From positions 4,925 to 68,924 of the forward strand of contig CALQJO020000006.1 of NCBI GenBank assembly GCA_943330915.2: 64,000 nucleotides of DNA. The letters run 5' to 3'. Below, one piece after another: positions 10,352-22,171 of this stretch; within the stretch, counting starts at the first letter, position 1; every line of letters begins with the position of its first letter. Source of the stretch: Rhodoferax sp. OV413 (GTDB lineage: Bacteria; Pseudomonadota; Gammaproteobacteria; Pseudomonadales; Pseudohongiellaceae). The notes below the pieces were generated by a model. The model worked only from the letters and a program-made list of their open reading frames with translations, did not search any database and had not been told where the DNA came from. The translations under genes were made by a program, and so were the position numbers.

Positions 10352-12225
10352 ACTAAAAAATTAACCACGACATTGTAGCTGCTGAGTAACTCTTCGGTTG
10401 CTGCTTTGAGGGATGCATCACGCAATTTTATCGAGGCGGTCAGACCCGTTTTGTTATCCGCTTTGCACGTTACCTCTGCAAAAATACCTTCCTTTACCAA
10501 GTGTTCAGACAGGACAGTTGCGCTGATTAGTTCGCGCAGCACCGGTTTGAAAATTTTTCCAACTGCGGTAATTGGCATAGCGGAAATGATCTCGATACGT
10601 TTGGGTATAGCGGCCCGTTCAGAAACCTCATTTTCACAGTAATTGAGTAATTCTTCGGCCGTTGTGCTGGCGCCTGGTTGCAACACTACAAATGCCATTG
10701 GCAATTCACCTGCGTAAGGATCTGGCATGCCAACTGCGATGGCGCTTAACACGCTTGGGTGACGGTTCAGGGGCTCTTCAATAATCTCCGGATCAATATT
10801 GTGGCCGCCCCGAATGATGAGATCTTTTGCTCTTCCGGTCAGATAGAGAAAACCCTCGTGATCCATGTAACCGAGGTCGCCTGTATTGAACCACTCGCCG
10901 TCTATCCATGCCTGAGCATTGTCATTGGCTGCCTTGTACCCGGCAAACACCTGTGGACCTTTAACCAGTACCACTCCACTTTGCCCGAGAGCGCAATCAG
11001 AGGCGTTATTGTCTGCACCCAGCGTTGCAATACGAATTCTTGAATACGGCAAACGCAAACCTACACTGCCCGAGGGTTGAGTATCCGGTGCCCGAGAGAT
11101 CAACGAGGTTGTCTCGGTCATACCATAACCGTTAGTGACAATCAGTTGGTAGCGCTCTTCGAACCGCTGCTCAAAGGCGGGTGACAGGGGTGCGGCTCCG
11201 GAATTAATGCGCTTCAGGCAACTGACGTCCTCATCACCCACTGGAATCTGCGCAAGGGCGGTCAGCACTGTGGGAACGGCTGCAAAGCTTTTTGCCTTGA
11301 AGCGCGCAACGTGATGCCAGAGATTTTTGATGACCTCCGGATTTCTGAAACCCGACGGGGTCATCAATACAACCCTGTTTCCGGAACTGAATGCTCCTAT
11401 ACCCAGAATAATAACGCCGTAAATGTGAAACAATGGCAGTCCGCACAAGGCTGTTTGTCGGCCAATATGAGAATTCAGTACCCGAGCCAGTTGTCCCAGA
11501 TATGCCATGTTTCCGTGAGTCAGCTGCGCAATTTTTGGTTTGCCCGTAGTTCCTCCGGTGTGGAAACAGGCTGCCAGTGTGTTTGCAGTGATCTTTCTGG
11601 GCTTCACCAGTCTGTCTGCGACTTGCATGGCTTGAGCTGCATTAAAATCAATCACCTTCACATTTGGAAAGGGGAGTTCAAGGCTGGCTGATGCATCGGT
11701 CAAACCTGGCTGGTGTACTGCCAGTATGGTGTGCACTTTAGGTAAGTCAGGGATTATCTTAAGGAGCTTTTGCCAGAGATCACTGTGAGCTGATGGCGCA
11801 AGGCAAGCAATAACACGTGCATCTGTGGCTTGAATGATTTCACTGATGTGTGCCGGTTCCAACAGTGGGTTGATCGGATTAGCTAGGCCAGCAACCTGAC
11901 TGCCCAGAATCAACGGATGCGACTGTGGCAATATGGGTAACAGAATGGAGACGGACTGATCACCTTGCAGGCCCAATGAACTTAGCAGATTAGCTGTCTG
12001 GCGGGTGAGGTTGGCGAGAGCGTTAAAACTCAGGGTGGTTGATTGTTCGTCGCGTCTGCCAGTCAGTAGAAACTCGATTGCCGGTTCCTCGCCATACAAT
12101 TCAGCACTCTTTTCAATCAGCTCAAGCGCGTGTGCAGCAGGAAAGCGTTCAGCAAATGGCGCACTTTCAAATGCTTCTATGTCTGCAACAGTGTCTAGTA
12201 TGGGTCTTGTCTCGGTAAAAAGCAT
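10348..12225 (-). CDS. Acyl-CoA synthetase (AMP-binding, ANL superfamily)
   Basis: FHTGGTTGKPK A3 motif, NGYGMTET, TGDLG, GRAKDLIIRGGHN, GKIFK. Confidence 0.93.
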   Translation of the reverse strand: MLFTETRPILDTVADIEAFESAPFAERFPAAHALELIEKSAELYGEEPAIEFLLTGRRDEQSTTLSFNALANLTRQTANLLSSLGLQGDQSVSILLPILPQSHPLILGSQVAGLANPINPLLEPAHISEIIQATDARVIACLAPSAHSDLWQKLLKIIPDLPKVHTILAVHQPGLTDASASLELPFPNVKVIDFNAAQAMQVADRLVKPRKITANTLAACFHTGGTTGKPKIAQLTHGNMAYLGQLARVLNSHIGRQTALCGLPLFHIYGVIILGIGAFSSGNRVVLMTPSGFRNPEVIKNLWHHVARFKAKSFAAVPTVLTALAQIPVGDEDVSCLKRINSGAAPLSPAFEQRFEERYQLIVTNGYGMTETTSLISRAPDTQPSGSVGLRLPYSRIRIATLGADNNASDCALGQSGVVLVKGPQVFAGYKAANDNAQAWIDGEWFNTGDLGYMDHEGFLYLTGRAKDLIIRGGHNIDPEIIEEPLNRHPSVLSAIAVGMPDPYAGELPMAFVVLQPGASTTAEELLNYCENEVSERAAIPKRIEIISAMPITAVGKIFKPVLRELISATVLSEHLVKEGIFAEVTCKADNKTGLTASIKLRDASLKAATEELLSSYNVVVNFLV

Positions 12226-12355
12226 TGCGTTGGTACTCCGCTCTTCAGGCAAATGTTCGGGGCATGGTCAGTCATCACGAATGAGTTGTTGTCTCATCGA
12301 GTTGTTGCTTTAACATACCTGAAAAGGAAACTCTAGCGATACGGAGTAGTGCAGA

Positions 12356-13321
12356 TTAACTGGCGCGTGAAACAGCCAGTTCACACATTTGTAGCAAGGC
12401 ACTGCGGTAGGTGGACTCAGGGAGTTGCATCAGTTTTGCTACCGCCTCGTCTGCGTGCTGGCGCGCGACTTGTCGAGTGTAGTCAAGAGCACCGCAGCGC
12501 ACAACGATTTCAATGACCTCAGCCAGGCGATCAGTTCCGCCGGTGAGGATGCTCTGGCGGATGATAGCCTGATCTTCATCGCTGGCGTGTTGCATAGCAA
12601 ATATCAGCGGCAATGTAGGCTTGCCCTCTGCCAGATCATCGCCGATGTTTTTGCCCAGTTCGGTTGTGTCGCCGTCATAGTCAAGCGCATCGTCGACTAA
12701 CTGGAATGCGAGCCCGATATGCATGCCGGCCTCTTTAAGAGCGATCTGAAGTACAGTATCCGCGTTAGCTATCAGCGCGCCGCAGTAAGCTGCTGCCTGA
12801 AACAGAACGGCGGTCTTATCACTGATAACGCGCAGGTAATCTGCCTCAGAGGTGTCAACGCGGTGTTTGTTGAGAAGCTGCAGTACTTCGCCTTCGGCAA
12901 TCACATTGGTGGTATCGGCTATGACCTGCATGATACCGATATGGCCTATGCTGACCAGAATCTGGAAAGCGCGCGAGTAGATAAAGTCACCGACCAGCAC
13001 ACTGGATGGATTGTTCCACTGTTCGTTGGCAGTCGGACGTCCTCGACGCATCGTTGACATGTCTACAACATCATCATGAAGCAAGGTGGCGGTGTGGATG
13101 AACTCAATGACTGCCGCGAGTTTGACCGCGTCAGTGCCAGTGGCGCCGCAAGCCCTCGCGCTCAGCAGTACCAGCACCGGCCGCATACGCTTGCCGCCCG
13201 CATTGGTGATGTAATGGCCGATGTTTTCGACCAGATCCACATTGGAATGCAGTTGCTCAATAATAAAAGAGTTGACAGCCTCGAAATCGGTGGCGACTGC
13301 CGCGCGGATATTTTTGTGCAT
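12356..13321 (-). CDS. ispB: Octaprenyl/polyprenyl diphosphate synthase
   Basis: GGKRMRP, HTATLLHDDVVD (FARM), QLVDD, GKNIGDDLAEGKPTLPL; canonical position divergent from rplU. Confidence 0.96.
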   Translation of the reverse strand: MHKNIRAAVATDFEAVNSFIIEQLHSNVDLVENIGHYITNAGGKRMRPVLVLLSARACGATGTDAVKLAAVIEFIHTATLLHDDVVDMSTMRRGRPTANEQWNNPSSVLVGDFIYSRAFQILVSIGHIGIMQVIADTTNVIAEGEVLQLLNKHRVDTSEADYLRVISDKTAVLFQAAAYCGALIANADTVLQIALKEAGMHIGLAFQLVDDALDYDGDTTELGKNIGDDLAEGKPTLPLIFAMQHASDEDQAIIRQSILTGGTDRLAEVIEIVVRCGALDYTRQVARQHADEAVAKLMQLPESTYRSALLQMCELAVSRAS

Positions 13322-13366
13322 GGGTTGACCGGAGCTCAAGTACGCTTAAGAATTGGTGCGCCGGCA

Positions 13367-13395
13367 ATGCTAGGGGGGGAGGCGTCCAGTGTCAA
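13367..13395 (-). promoter_or_regulatory. Sigma70 promoter of ispB
   Basis: On minus strand TTGACA-17 nt-TAGCAT; spacer contains a C7 (G7 on plus) run. Confidence 0.65.
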
Positions 13396-13418
13396 GACGA
13401 TAAATCATTGATAAGTGC

Positions 13419-13447
13419 TTGCCTGCAGCGCTTGCTTCTCGTAAAAT
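13419..13447 (+). promoter_or_regulatory. Sigma70 promoter of rplU-rpmA
   Basis: TTGCCT-17 nt-TAAAAT about 70 nt upstream of the rplU start. Confidence 0.65.
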
Positions 13448-13516
13448 GCCCGCCCTTAAAGCTCATAGCACATCGGCCATTGCCGGGGCTGACGTTACCT
13501 AATACTGGAGTTTGAT

Positions 13517-13828
13517 ATGTACGCGGTTATTGAAAGTGGTGGCAAACAGCACCGTGTTGTTGAAGGCGAAACACTGAAGTTGGAAAAGATCGAAGTTCCA
13601 ATGGGTGAGTTGATTAACTTTGATAAAGTGCTGATGGTAGGCGAAGGCGAATCTGTAAAGATAGGCGCACCTTACGTGGAAGGCAGTACAGTAACCGCGG
13701 AAGTGATTGCCCAGGGCCGTGCTAAAAAGGTCACAATCATCAAGTTTAATCGTCGTAAACACTATCGTAAGCGTCAGGGCCACCGTCAGTGGTTTACTGA
13801 GGTTCGTATTACAGGTATTAACGCCTGA
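13517..13828 (+). CDS. rplU: 50S ribosomal protein L21
   Basis: [14 protein letters not shown]...[16 protein letters not shown], 103 aa. Confidence 0.99.
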   Translation: MYAVIESGGKQHRVVEGETLKLEKIEVPMGELINFDKVLMVGEGESVKIGAPYVEGSTVTAEVIAQGRAKKVTIIKFNRRKHYRKRQGHRQWFTEVRITGINA

Positions 13829-13852
13829 GTCAGGCTTGGAGTGATATAGGAA

Positions 13853-14110
13853 ATGGCACATAAAAAAGCAGGCGGTAGTACCAGTAACGGTCGTGACTCG
13901 ATAGCCAAACGACTTGGCGTCAAGAAATTTGGTGGTGAACACGCGTTGGCTGGCAACATTATTGTTCGTCAGCGTGGCACACGCTTCCACCCCGGTCGCA
14001 ACGTGGGTATTGGTAAAGACCATACTTTGTTTGCAACAGCGGAAGGCAAAGTGCTGTTTGAAGTTAAAGGTGCAAACAACCGCAAGTACGTCAGCATAGT
14101 GACTGCTTGA
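13853..14110 (+). CDS. rpmA: 50S ribosomal protein L27
   Basis: [16 protein letters not shown]...RLGVKKFGG, 85 aa. Confidence 0.99.
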   Translation: MAHKKAGGSTSNGRDSIAKRLGVKKFGGEHALAGNIIVRQRGTRFHPGRNVGIGKDHTLFATAEGKVLFEVKGANNRKYVSIVTA

Positions 14111-14190
14111 GCGCATCCGGCGCTGTGAGCGGATGGCCTGAGAGATCGTGAATCAGGATTCTGCTGCAGGTGGTGCCAAGGATCAAAATA

Positions 14191-15409
<1,219 letters not shown>

Positions 15410-16510
15410 TTGGCGCGTCGTTGGATAATTAAAATTGGCAGCTCTCTGATCACGAATAATGGCACAGGGCTTGATCGTGCCGGGATTGAAAACTGGGTCA
15501 GACAGCTTGTTGCGTTGCAACAAAGTGGTATCGAAGTGGTTTTGGTGTCGTCAGGAGCGGTAGCTGAAGGTGTGGCGCGGTTGGGATTGAAGTCGCGCCC
15601 CAAGGAGATTCATTTACAGCAGGCTGCTGCTGCTGTAGGTCAGATGGGTTTGATCCAGACCTATGAGACCAGCTTCAAACAATACGGTGTGCATACTGCG
15701 CAGGTGCTGCTCACCCATGATGATCTCTCCAATCGAAGACGATACCTTAATGCCCGCAGCACCCTGGCCGGGCTTGTATCAATGCGCGTAGTACCGGTCA
15801 TTAACGAAAATGATACGGTCGCCACTGCCGAGTTATGTTTTGGTGATAACGATACTTTGGGTGCATTGGTTGCCAATCTTCTCGGTGCTGACACCCTTGT
15901 CATTCTCACTGATCAGAAAGGATTGCACGAAGTTGATCCGCGCTCTAACCCGGACGCGCCATTGATCAGTGAAGCTATGGCAGAGGATAGCAGACTGTTA
16001 CAGATGGCCGGCGGAAGTGGCAGTCTGGGACGTGGCGGCATGATCACAAAAATTACGGCTGCACGCCTTGCTGCAAGGTCTGGTGCTCGCACAATTATTG
16101 CAAACGGCAGAGAAACCGATGTGCTGATTCGGTTGAGCAGCGGTGAGTCAATTGGCACTCTGCTATTACCTGAAAAGCAACCCATGGCGGCCCGGAAGCA
16201 GTGGCTGGCGGGACAGTTAAAGGCTAAAGGTCAATTGGTGATTGATGCTGGGGCGGTCAAGGTGCTTACAGAATCCGGTCGCAGTTTGTTGCCGGTGGGT
16301 GTTGTATCTGTCAAAGGCCCGTTTGATCGTGGCGATGTTGTAGTCTGCAAGGACGAAGCGGGCAAGGAAATTGCGCGGGGTCTGGTCAACTATGATAGCC
16401 GCGAAGCGGAACAATTGGTGCGGCAGCCCAGCCGTATGATCGAAAGTATTCTGGGCTATCTGGGGGATGAAGAGATCATTCACCGTGACAATCTGGTTTT
16501 GACAGAATAA
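15410..16510 (+). CDS. proB: Glutamate 5-kinase with PUA domain
   Basis: [28 protein letters not shown]-terminal IHRDNLVL; TTG start directly after the obg stop. Confidence 0.97.
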   Translation: MARRWIIKIGSSLITNNGTGLDRAGIENWVRQLVALQQSGIEVVLVSSGAVAEGVARLGLKSRPKEIHLQQAAAAVGQMGLIQTYETSFKQYGVHTAQVLLTHDDLSNRRRYLNARSTLAGLVSMRVVPVINENDTVATAELCFGDNDTLGALVANLLGADTLVILTDQKGLHEVDPRSNPDAPLISEAMAEDSRLLQMAGGSGSLGRGGMITKITAARLAARSGARTIIANGRETDVLIRLSSGESIGTLLLPEKQPMAARKQWLAGQLKAKGQLVIDAGAVKVLTESGRSLLPVGVVSVKGPFDRGDVVVCKDEAGKEIARGLVNYDSREAEQLVRQPSRMIESILGYLGDEEIIHRDNLVLTE

Positions 16511-16620
16511 CGGTAAAGGTTTATTTCTTCAGACATTTGACAGGAATAACACGCACACACTAAAGAGACTGCTCCTGAAAAGAGCGGCCTTTTTTCTTGC
16601 ATGATTCAGGTGATTACAAA

Positions 16621-16644
16621 TGGCGGCTGAGTATGCAGCCGCCA
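16621..16644 (-). terminator. Probable terminator of rpsT
   Basis: Perfect 9-bp stem TGGCGGCTG/CAGCCGCCA 9 nt after the rpsT stop, followed by TTTG on the minus strand. Confidence 0.6.
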
Positions 16645-16652
16645 GGGCCTGA

Positions 16653-16922
16653 TCAGGCCGATTTCAAAGCAAGAATTGCGGTGTTGAGACGGCTTTTATG
16701 CCGGGCAGCCTTGTTCTTGTGGATGATACCTTTGTCCGCCATGCGATCAATGACAGGAACTGCGCGCTGATAAGCGGCTGTTGCATTGTCATAATTACCT
16801 TCCTGGATTGCAGCAACTACCTTTTTAATGTAGGTGCGAACCATGGAACGGAAACTGGCGTTGTGGCGGCGAGCGGTTTCATTTTGACGCGCGCGTTTGC
16901 GTGCTTGTGCAGTGTTGGCCAA
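16653..16922 (-). CDS. rpsT: 30S ribosomal protein S20
   Basis: [13 protein letters not shown]...[13 protein letters not shown]; TTG start as in E. coli rpsT. Confidence 0.99.
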   Translation of the reverse strand: MANTAQARKRARQNETARRHNASFRSMVRTYIKKVVAAIQEGNYDNATAAYQRAVPVIDRMADKGIIHKNKAARHKSRLNTAILALKSA

Positions 16923-16972
16923 CTGATGCTCCTTGAGATACTGTCAACGTGTGGCGAATTTTGAGACGCGGT

Positions 16973-17001
16973 ACTATGCCGGCAATCGATACTGTTGTCA
17001 A
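16973..17001 (-). promoter_or_regulatory. Sigma70 promoter of rpsT
   Basis: TTGACA-17 nt-CATAGT on the minus strand. Confidence 0.65.
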
Positions 17002-17128
17002 GGCTGGAATCCGCGACGTCTGGCTTTTGCGAAAGGTCTCCAGCCTGGTCCGATCGATGCTGGCACCTGTGTTAAGCTCAGGCTCTCAATCTTTGCAGAA
17101 GCCCGTTTTGGTAAATTAAGGAATTTTT

Positions 17129-17599
17129 ATGAGCGCAATTGATATCGGAATCAATGAATCTGATCGTTTGGCTATCTCCGAGGGACTCAAGCATCTTTTG
17201 GCTGATTCTTACACGCTTTACCTGCAAACGCACAACTTTCACTGGAATGTTGAAGGGCCGCAATTCAGAGAATTACATCTGATGTTTGAGGAGCATTACA
17301 CGGAACTGGCTTTAGCGGTGGATGAGGTTGCAGAGCGCATACGCGCGCTTGATGTGCCTGCACCCGGTACTTACAAAGAGCTATCAAGGCTGAGCGCTAT
17401 CAAAGAAATCGATGGGGTACCCGATGGCAGAACCATGGTTGACATACTGACATCCGGTCACGAGCAATTGGTCAAAACCTGTCGTCACGTCCTAAAGCTT
17501 GCGCAGTTCGCCAACGACGAGTCAACGGCTTCGCTCGCTTCAGATCGGATGCGCATCCACGAGAAAACTGCGTGGATGCTTCGCGTACTTAACAAGTAG
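17129..17599 (+). CDS. dps: Dps family ferritin-like DNA-protection protein
   Basis: [41 protein letters not shown]. Confidence 0.96.
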   Translation: MSAIDIGINESDRLAISEGLKHLLADSYTLYLQTHNFHWNVEGPQFRELHLMFEEHYTELALAVDEVAERIRALDVPAPGTYKELSRLSAIKEIDGVPDGRTMVDILTSGHEQLVKTCRHVLKLAQFANDESTASLASDRMRIHEKTAWMLRVLNK

Positions 17600-17636
17600 C
17601 AATGACGACATGGTTCGGCCTTGGTCCTATGTTCAA

Positions 17637-18869
17637 TCAACGCCAGAACAAGTACCACACAATGTAGAGCAGACTAAATCCTGACAGGTAAACCATGCCA
17701 GCCCATGCCAATCCGTTCATGAATCCGGATATGCCACTGCCACGAATCAGGCTGAAGTTCAGCCAGGCGAAAAATGGTGTGGTAATAAATGCCAGGGTCA
17801 TGGCAAATGTCAGCATTGGGCTCAGAGCCGTCTGAAAGAATAGAATAATGGCCATGCCGGACGCTGCCTGAAGTAGCGTCCATGCGCTGAGCGCCCACGG
17901 CTTTGGAGCGTTCTGGTGTTTGAACATCAGGCTGAAGGACTCGTTCAGGGTTCTTGCATAGCCATCCAGTACGGCCAGGGTTGTTCCAAACATACACATA
18001 AACGCGATAAACGCGATGAACAGCCGTGACCACTCACCAATTGTCGTGGCGTACATCGCTACCAGTTGTTGAGCAAATGCTGCACTGGCCATCGCGATAG
18101 GTTGTTCGGTGCCATGTTGCAGTAGTGCGCCTAATGCCACAAACGCAACGGCCAGCACTACCGCAATCGCATATCCAAGATTGAAGTCAAAAAGTCCGTC
18201 AGACAGCGACACGGTGGTAAGTTTTTGTTTTGATCGTAACCACAGCGAGTTGATGGCAGAAAGTTCAATAGGCACTGGCATCCAGCCCATTGTCGCTACG
18301 ATAAATGCCAACGCAGACAGTTGCCAGGGAGAAGGGCTGACAAAATCTGCTGGTGCCATGGGTCCGTTGCGCCAGGCGATAAACAGCGCCACAAACGTGC
18401 ACACAGTCAGCGTCAGCATCAACAGACGTGATAATCCGTCGAGCACCCGATAATGCCCGGCGAGCAAAATACTCAGGCAGATTCCAAGCAGCAACAGGCA
18501 CAGGATGGTAAGACTGAGGTTCCCGGGTATAAAGTACTGCAATAGGCTGGCGGTCAGCAGTAACACCCCCGCTGTGTTAACGACCGCTGCAATCAGATTC
18601 AGCAGGGTAAATGCGATCAGCCAGCCCTGGCCTTTTTGCTGATAACCTTCAATCAGACTCTTGTTGTTGATCAATGTGTACTGAACACCAAAACGGAAAA
18701 ACGGGTACTTGAACACATTAACGAGGACAATCAGCCACAGCAGTTGCCATCCAAACAAAGCGCCTGATTGGGTAGAGGCCACCAGATGTGAAGCTCCGAC
18801 AGCTGCTGAAGCCATCACCATACCCGGGCCTATCGCCCGCCATCGATTAATGCGTTGTGTCTTGTCCAT
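17637..18869 (-). CDS. Nramp-superfamily divalent metal transporter (YcsG-like)
   Basis: GPGMVMASAAVGASHLV, GWMPVP, MFGTT..VLDGY; about 11 hydrophobic segments. Confidence 0.85.
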   Translation of the reverse strand: MDKTQRINRWRAIGPGMVMASAAVGASHLVASTQSGALFGWQLLWLIVLVNVFKYPFFRFGVQYTLINNKSLIEGYQQKGQGWLIAFTLLNLIAAVVNTAGVLLLTASLLQYFIPGNLSLTILCLLLLGICLSILLAGHYRVLDGLSRLLMLTLTVCTFVALFIAWRNGPMAPADFVSPSPWQLSALAFIVATMGWMPVPIELSAINSLWLRSKQKLTTVSLSDGLFDFNLGYAIAVVLAVAFVALGALLQHGTEQPIAMASAAFAQQLVAMYATTIGEWSRLFIAFIAFMCMFGTTLAVLDGYARTLNESFSLMFKHQNAPKPWALSAWTLLQAASGMAIILFFQTALSPMLTFAMTLAFITTPFFAWLNFSLIRGSGISGFMNGLAWAGMVYLSGFSLLYIVWYLFWR

Positions 18870-18985
18870 GGTTTTATTCTTCTGAAGTTTTAGTGCTTTC
18901 TTGTATCGTTTTTTAGTGTCAGGGTGCCCATAATGCGCACAGCGCAGCATAATGGAATGCTGAAACGAGAGAAAGAGACTTCAAC

Positions 18986-20629
18986 GTGAGCAGTTCCAGT
19001 TCCAATTCACCTGAGCCCGGACAGGACGAGAACCGCCAGAATGGCGATGTATCACCTGTTGCTGACCCGGCGCCGCCTCCAAAAGCTCGTGCGGGATTGC
19101 TGCGCTCAAGTGCAATCACCGGCAGCATGACATTTGTGTCGCGAATGCTCGGGTTGGTGAGAGATGTCGTTCTGGCCCATGTGTTTGGTCCCGGAGATGG
19201 CTCTGACGCATTTTTTCTAGCCTTCAAGATACCCAATTTTCTGCGCAGATTATTTGCAGAGGGCGCCTTCAACCAGGCATTTGTGCCGGTATTGTCAGAG
19301 TATCGAAGCCAGCGAACCCTCGCAGAGGTGCAGACCCTGATCAACGTGGTGGCGGCATATCTTGGTACCATCCTGCTGGTCATTAGCGCCGTGGTAGTAG
19401 CGGCGGCTCCTCTGGTTGCATGGCCAATCGCTTACGGGTTTACCGACGAGCCAGCAAAGTTTGCGTTGTTTGTGGATATGTTGCGGATTACGTTCCCATA
19501 CCTGTTTTTGATTTCCATGACGGCGTTTGCCGGATCAATTCTCAACAGTTATGACCGCTTTGCGGTGCCTGCGTTAACACCTTCGCTGTTGAATATCTCA
19601 TTGATAGGCTCTGCTTTGATATTGAGCCCCTATTTTGATCAGCCTGAAATTGCGTTGGCATGGGGCGTACTGATTGCCGGTATCGGCCAATTCTTGTTTC
19701 AACTGCCATTTCTCGCGCGCATGAGGTTATTGCCAAAGCCGCGATTCGAGCGCGGGCATGAGGGAGTCAGCCGCATACTCAGGTTGATGATGCCGGCGCT
19801 TTTTGGTGTCTCAGTGAGTCAGATCAATCTGTTGCTGGACACGGTTATTGCGTCATTGCTGGTATCTGGCAGTGTCTCATGGTTGTATTTCTCCGAACGG
19901 TTGATGGATCTGCCACTGGGGATTTTTGCTGTGGCGGTGGCCACCGTTGTTCTGCCGAGTTTGTCACGCCGCCACGCAGAGAAATCGTCACACGAGTTTG
20001 CAGCCCTGCTGGATTGGGCATTCAGGCTGATTTTGTTGATCGCCATTCCCGCTTCACTGGCGCTGGTTCTGCTGGCTCAGCCGATGATTATCACTTTGTT
20101 TCAGAATGACAATTTTGATGTCTTTGACGTGACTCAGGTAACACTGAGTCTGCAAGCGTATGCACTTGGATTAACCGCGTTTATGGCTATCAAAGTTTTT
20201 GCACCGGGCTATTACGCCAGGCAGAACACCAGCACGCCGGTGCGCATTGGCATTGTGGCCATGGTTGTGAATATGTTTCTGAATATTCTGCTGGTGTTTG
20301 TGCTGGATTTTGCTCATACCGGACTGGCGTTGGCCACATCCTTGGCTGCGTTTTTGAATGCCGGCCTGCTGCTGTTCGGTTTATGGCGAGGCGGCATTTA
20401 TCAATTTCAGCCAGGCTGGGGTTTGTTTCTGGCAAGGATGCTGTTAGCCAATGTGCTTATGGCGGGTATGTTGGTTTGGGCAGCAGGCGACTGGCGCATG
20501 TGGCTTGAATGGCCGGTGGCTCAGCGTGCGTCCATGCTGGCTGTTGTGTGTGTTGGAGGTCTGGTGACATATCTTGCAGTCTTGTTTCTCACGGGTATGA
20601 GGGCGGCTGATTTTAGGAGACAGGCTTAA
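18986..20629 (+). CDS. murJ: Lipid II flippase MurJ (MviN)
   Basis: SRMLGLVRD, DAFFLAFKIPNFLRRLFAEGAF.QAFVPVL, LYFSERLMDLPLGIF. Confidence 0.97.
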   Translation: MSSSSSNSPEPGQDENRQNGDVSPVADPAPPPKARAGLLRSSAITGSMTFVSRMLGLVRDVVLAHVFGPGDGSDAFFLAFKIPNFLRRLFAEGAFNQAFVPVLSEYRSQRTLAEVQTLINVVAAYLGTILLVISAVVVAAAPLVAWPIAYGFTDEPAKFALFVDMLRITFPYLFLISMTAFAGSILNSYDRFAVPALTPSLLNISLIGSALILSPYFDQPEIALAWGVLIAGIGQFLFQLPFLARMRLLPKPRFERGHEGVSRILRLMMPALFGVSVSQINLLLDTVIASLLVSGSVSWLYFSERLMDLPLGIFAVAVATVVLPSLSRRHAEKSSHEFAALLDWAFRLILLIAIPASLALVLLAQPMIITLFQNDNFDVFDVTQVTLSLQAYALGLTAFMAIKVFAPGYYARQNTSTPVRIGIVAMVVNMFLNILLVFVLDFAHTGLALATSLAAFLNAGLLLFGLWRGGIYQFQPGWGLFLARMLLANVLMAGMLVWAAGDWRMWLEWPVAQRASMLAVVCVGGLVTYLAVLFLTGMRAADFRRQA

Positions 20630-20718
20630 CAAGCGCCGCGTGCTATCAGCCCGACTTGCTTGCAGTGTTCTCGGCCTCCAGAATAGGGCGGAAATTTGGA
20701 AATCTCAGGAAAGCGGTT

Positions 20719-21792
20719 ATGTCAGCTAAAACACGGGAAGTAGACAATTTGCACATTATTTCGCAGGAGGAGCTGCCCACCCCTGCCGAGCTTAAACGGG
20801 AAATGCCCCTCAAGGGCGATGCTCTGGATACAGTTCTGTATGGACACCACAGCGTTAAAGGCATCCTTGACAACAAGGACCATCGATTGTTGGTTGTGGT
20901 TGGCCCCTGCTCGATTCACGATACCGCTCTGGCGATGGACTATGCACGTTTGCTGAAGCCGCTGGCGGATGAGCTCAAAGACACGCTGATGATCATGATG
21001 CGCGTTTATTTTGAGAAACCGCGTACCACGGTCGGTTGGGAGGGCTTGATTTACGATCCCTACCTCGATGGCAGTCACCGCATTGAGCATGGTTTACGCA
21101 TCGGCAGGCAGTTGATGCTGGATATCAACGCGCTGGGACTACCGATTGCCGTCGAGGCGCTGGATCTCATTTCCCCTCAGTATCTTCAGGATCTGGTGAG
21201 CTGGACAGCCATTGGCGCACGGACAACAGAATCGCCGACGCATCGGAAATTATCGAGCGGCATTTCTTCTGCGGTCGGTTTCAAAAACAACGTTGATGGA
21301 AGTTTGTCAGTTGCAGTTAATGCCATTCGGTCCGCCAGCGCCGTCAACACCTTTATCAGTGTCGCTGAAAATGGCCGTGTTGCTGCCTTCAGAACATCGG
21401 GCAACCCGCATTGTCATGTCATTCTGCGCGGCGGTAAGGAGCCGAATTTTCAGGCACCCTTTGTAGCAGCCTGTGAGGCAGAGTTGCGTAAGGCGGCTTT
21501 GCCAGAGAATATTCTGGTGGATTGCAGTCATGGCAATTCTCGCAAGCAATACGAGTTGCAACTGGAGGTGCTGGAGGATGTTGCTCAGCAGATTGTTGCC
21601 GGGAACAAATCAATCATGGGCGTGATGGTGGAGAGCAACATCTGTGCCGGCAACCAGCCCATACCCGCAGACCCGCAGGAAATCCGCTATGGTGTTTCAA
21701 TTACCGATGCCTGCATCGATTGGCCAACGACTGAGACGGCATTGCGGAAACTAGCCGACGAAGTCAAAGATGTCCTTCCGGGGCGGCGTTAA
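20719..21792 (+). CDS. aroG: 3-deoxy-7-phosphoheptulonate (DAHP) synthase, type I-alpha (AroG/AroF family)
   Basis: VVVGPCSIHD, MRVYFEKPRTTVGW, IGARTTES..HR, HVILRGG, VDCSHGNS, YGVSITDACI. Confidence 0.93.
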   Translation: MSAKTREVDNLHIISQEELPTPAELKREMPLKGDALDTVLYGHHSVKGILDNKDHRLLVVVGPCSIHDTALAMDYARLLKPLADELKDTLMIMMRVYFEKPRTTVGWEGLIYDPYLDGSHRIEHGLRIGRQLMLDINALGLPIAVEALDLISPQYLQDLVSWTAIGARTTESPTHRKLSSGISSAVGFKNNVDGSLSVAVNAIRSASAVNTFISVAENGRVAAFRTSGNPHCHVILRGGKEPNFQAPFVAACEAELRKAALPENILVDCSHGNSRKQYELQLEVLEDVAQQIVAGNKSIMGVMVESNICAGNQPIPADPQEIRYGVSITDACIDWPTTETALRKLADEVKDVLPGRR

Positions 21793-21841
21793 GCCCCGGG
21801 AATTTTTGTGGACATGGTTGGCAACGCCACTAGTAAGCTAA

Positions 21842-21949
21842 TCAGAGTGAGTTGCCAATGATGGTAGAGAGCGTGACCAGGCCCAGTGCAACCATCATGA
21901 TGACGCCAACAGTCAGGCCAATGTTTCTTGCGATTATTCTGTCTTCCAT
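21842..21949 (-). CDS. 35-aa single-pass membrane protein of unknown function (MEDRIIARNIGLTVGVIMMVALGLVTLSTIIGNSL)
   Basis: GGAG RBS 8 nt before the ATG at 21949; one clear hydrophobic helix; fills the gap between aroG and usp. Confidence 0.65.
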   Translation of the reverse strand: MEDRIIARNIGLTVGVIMMVALGLVTLSTIIGNSL

Positions 21950-22058
21950 TATCAGTCTCCAGTCACTCAAATGAAGTTGTTTGCAGGATTTTGGCGCCTC
22001 GTCACATCTGAGTGCCGCGCCCGCAAGCAGAGGATTCTGCATAATTGCCCTTCAAATT

Positions 22059-22072
22059 TTGATCTGCATCAA
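22059..22072. promoter_or_regulatory. FNR/Anr-type binding site
   Basis: TTGATCTGCATCAA is a perfect TTGAT-N4-ATCAA, in the divergent intergenic region between the small protein and usp. Confidence 0.8.
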
Positions 22073-22171
22073 ACAGTTAGGACATAGATTTGGCAATGGA
22101 TATGGTTCATTGAGCGATTGCAGGTATTTAACTATGATCCGTTCTCATATCCACAAAGGAAGACTCACCTC

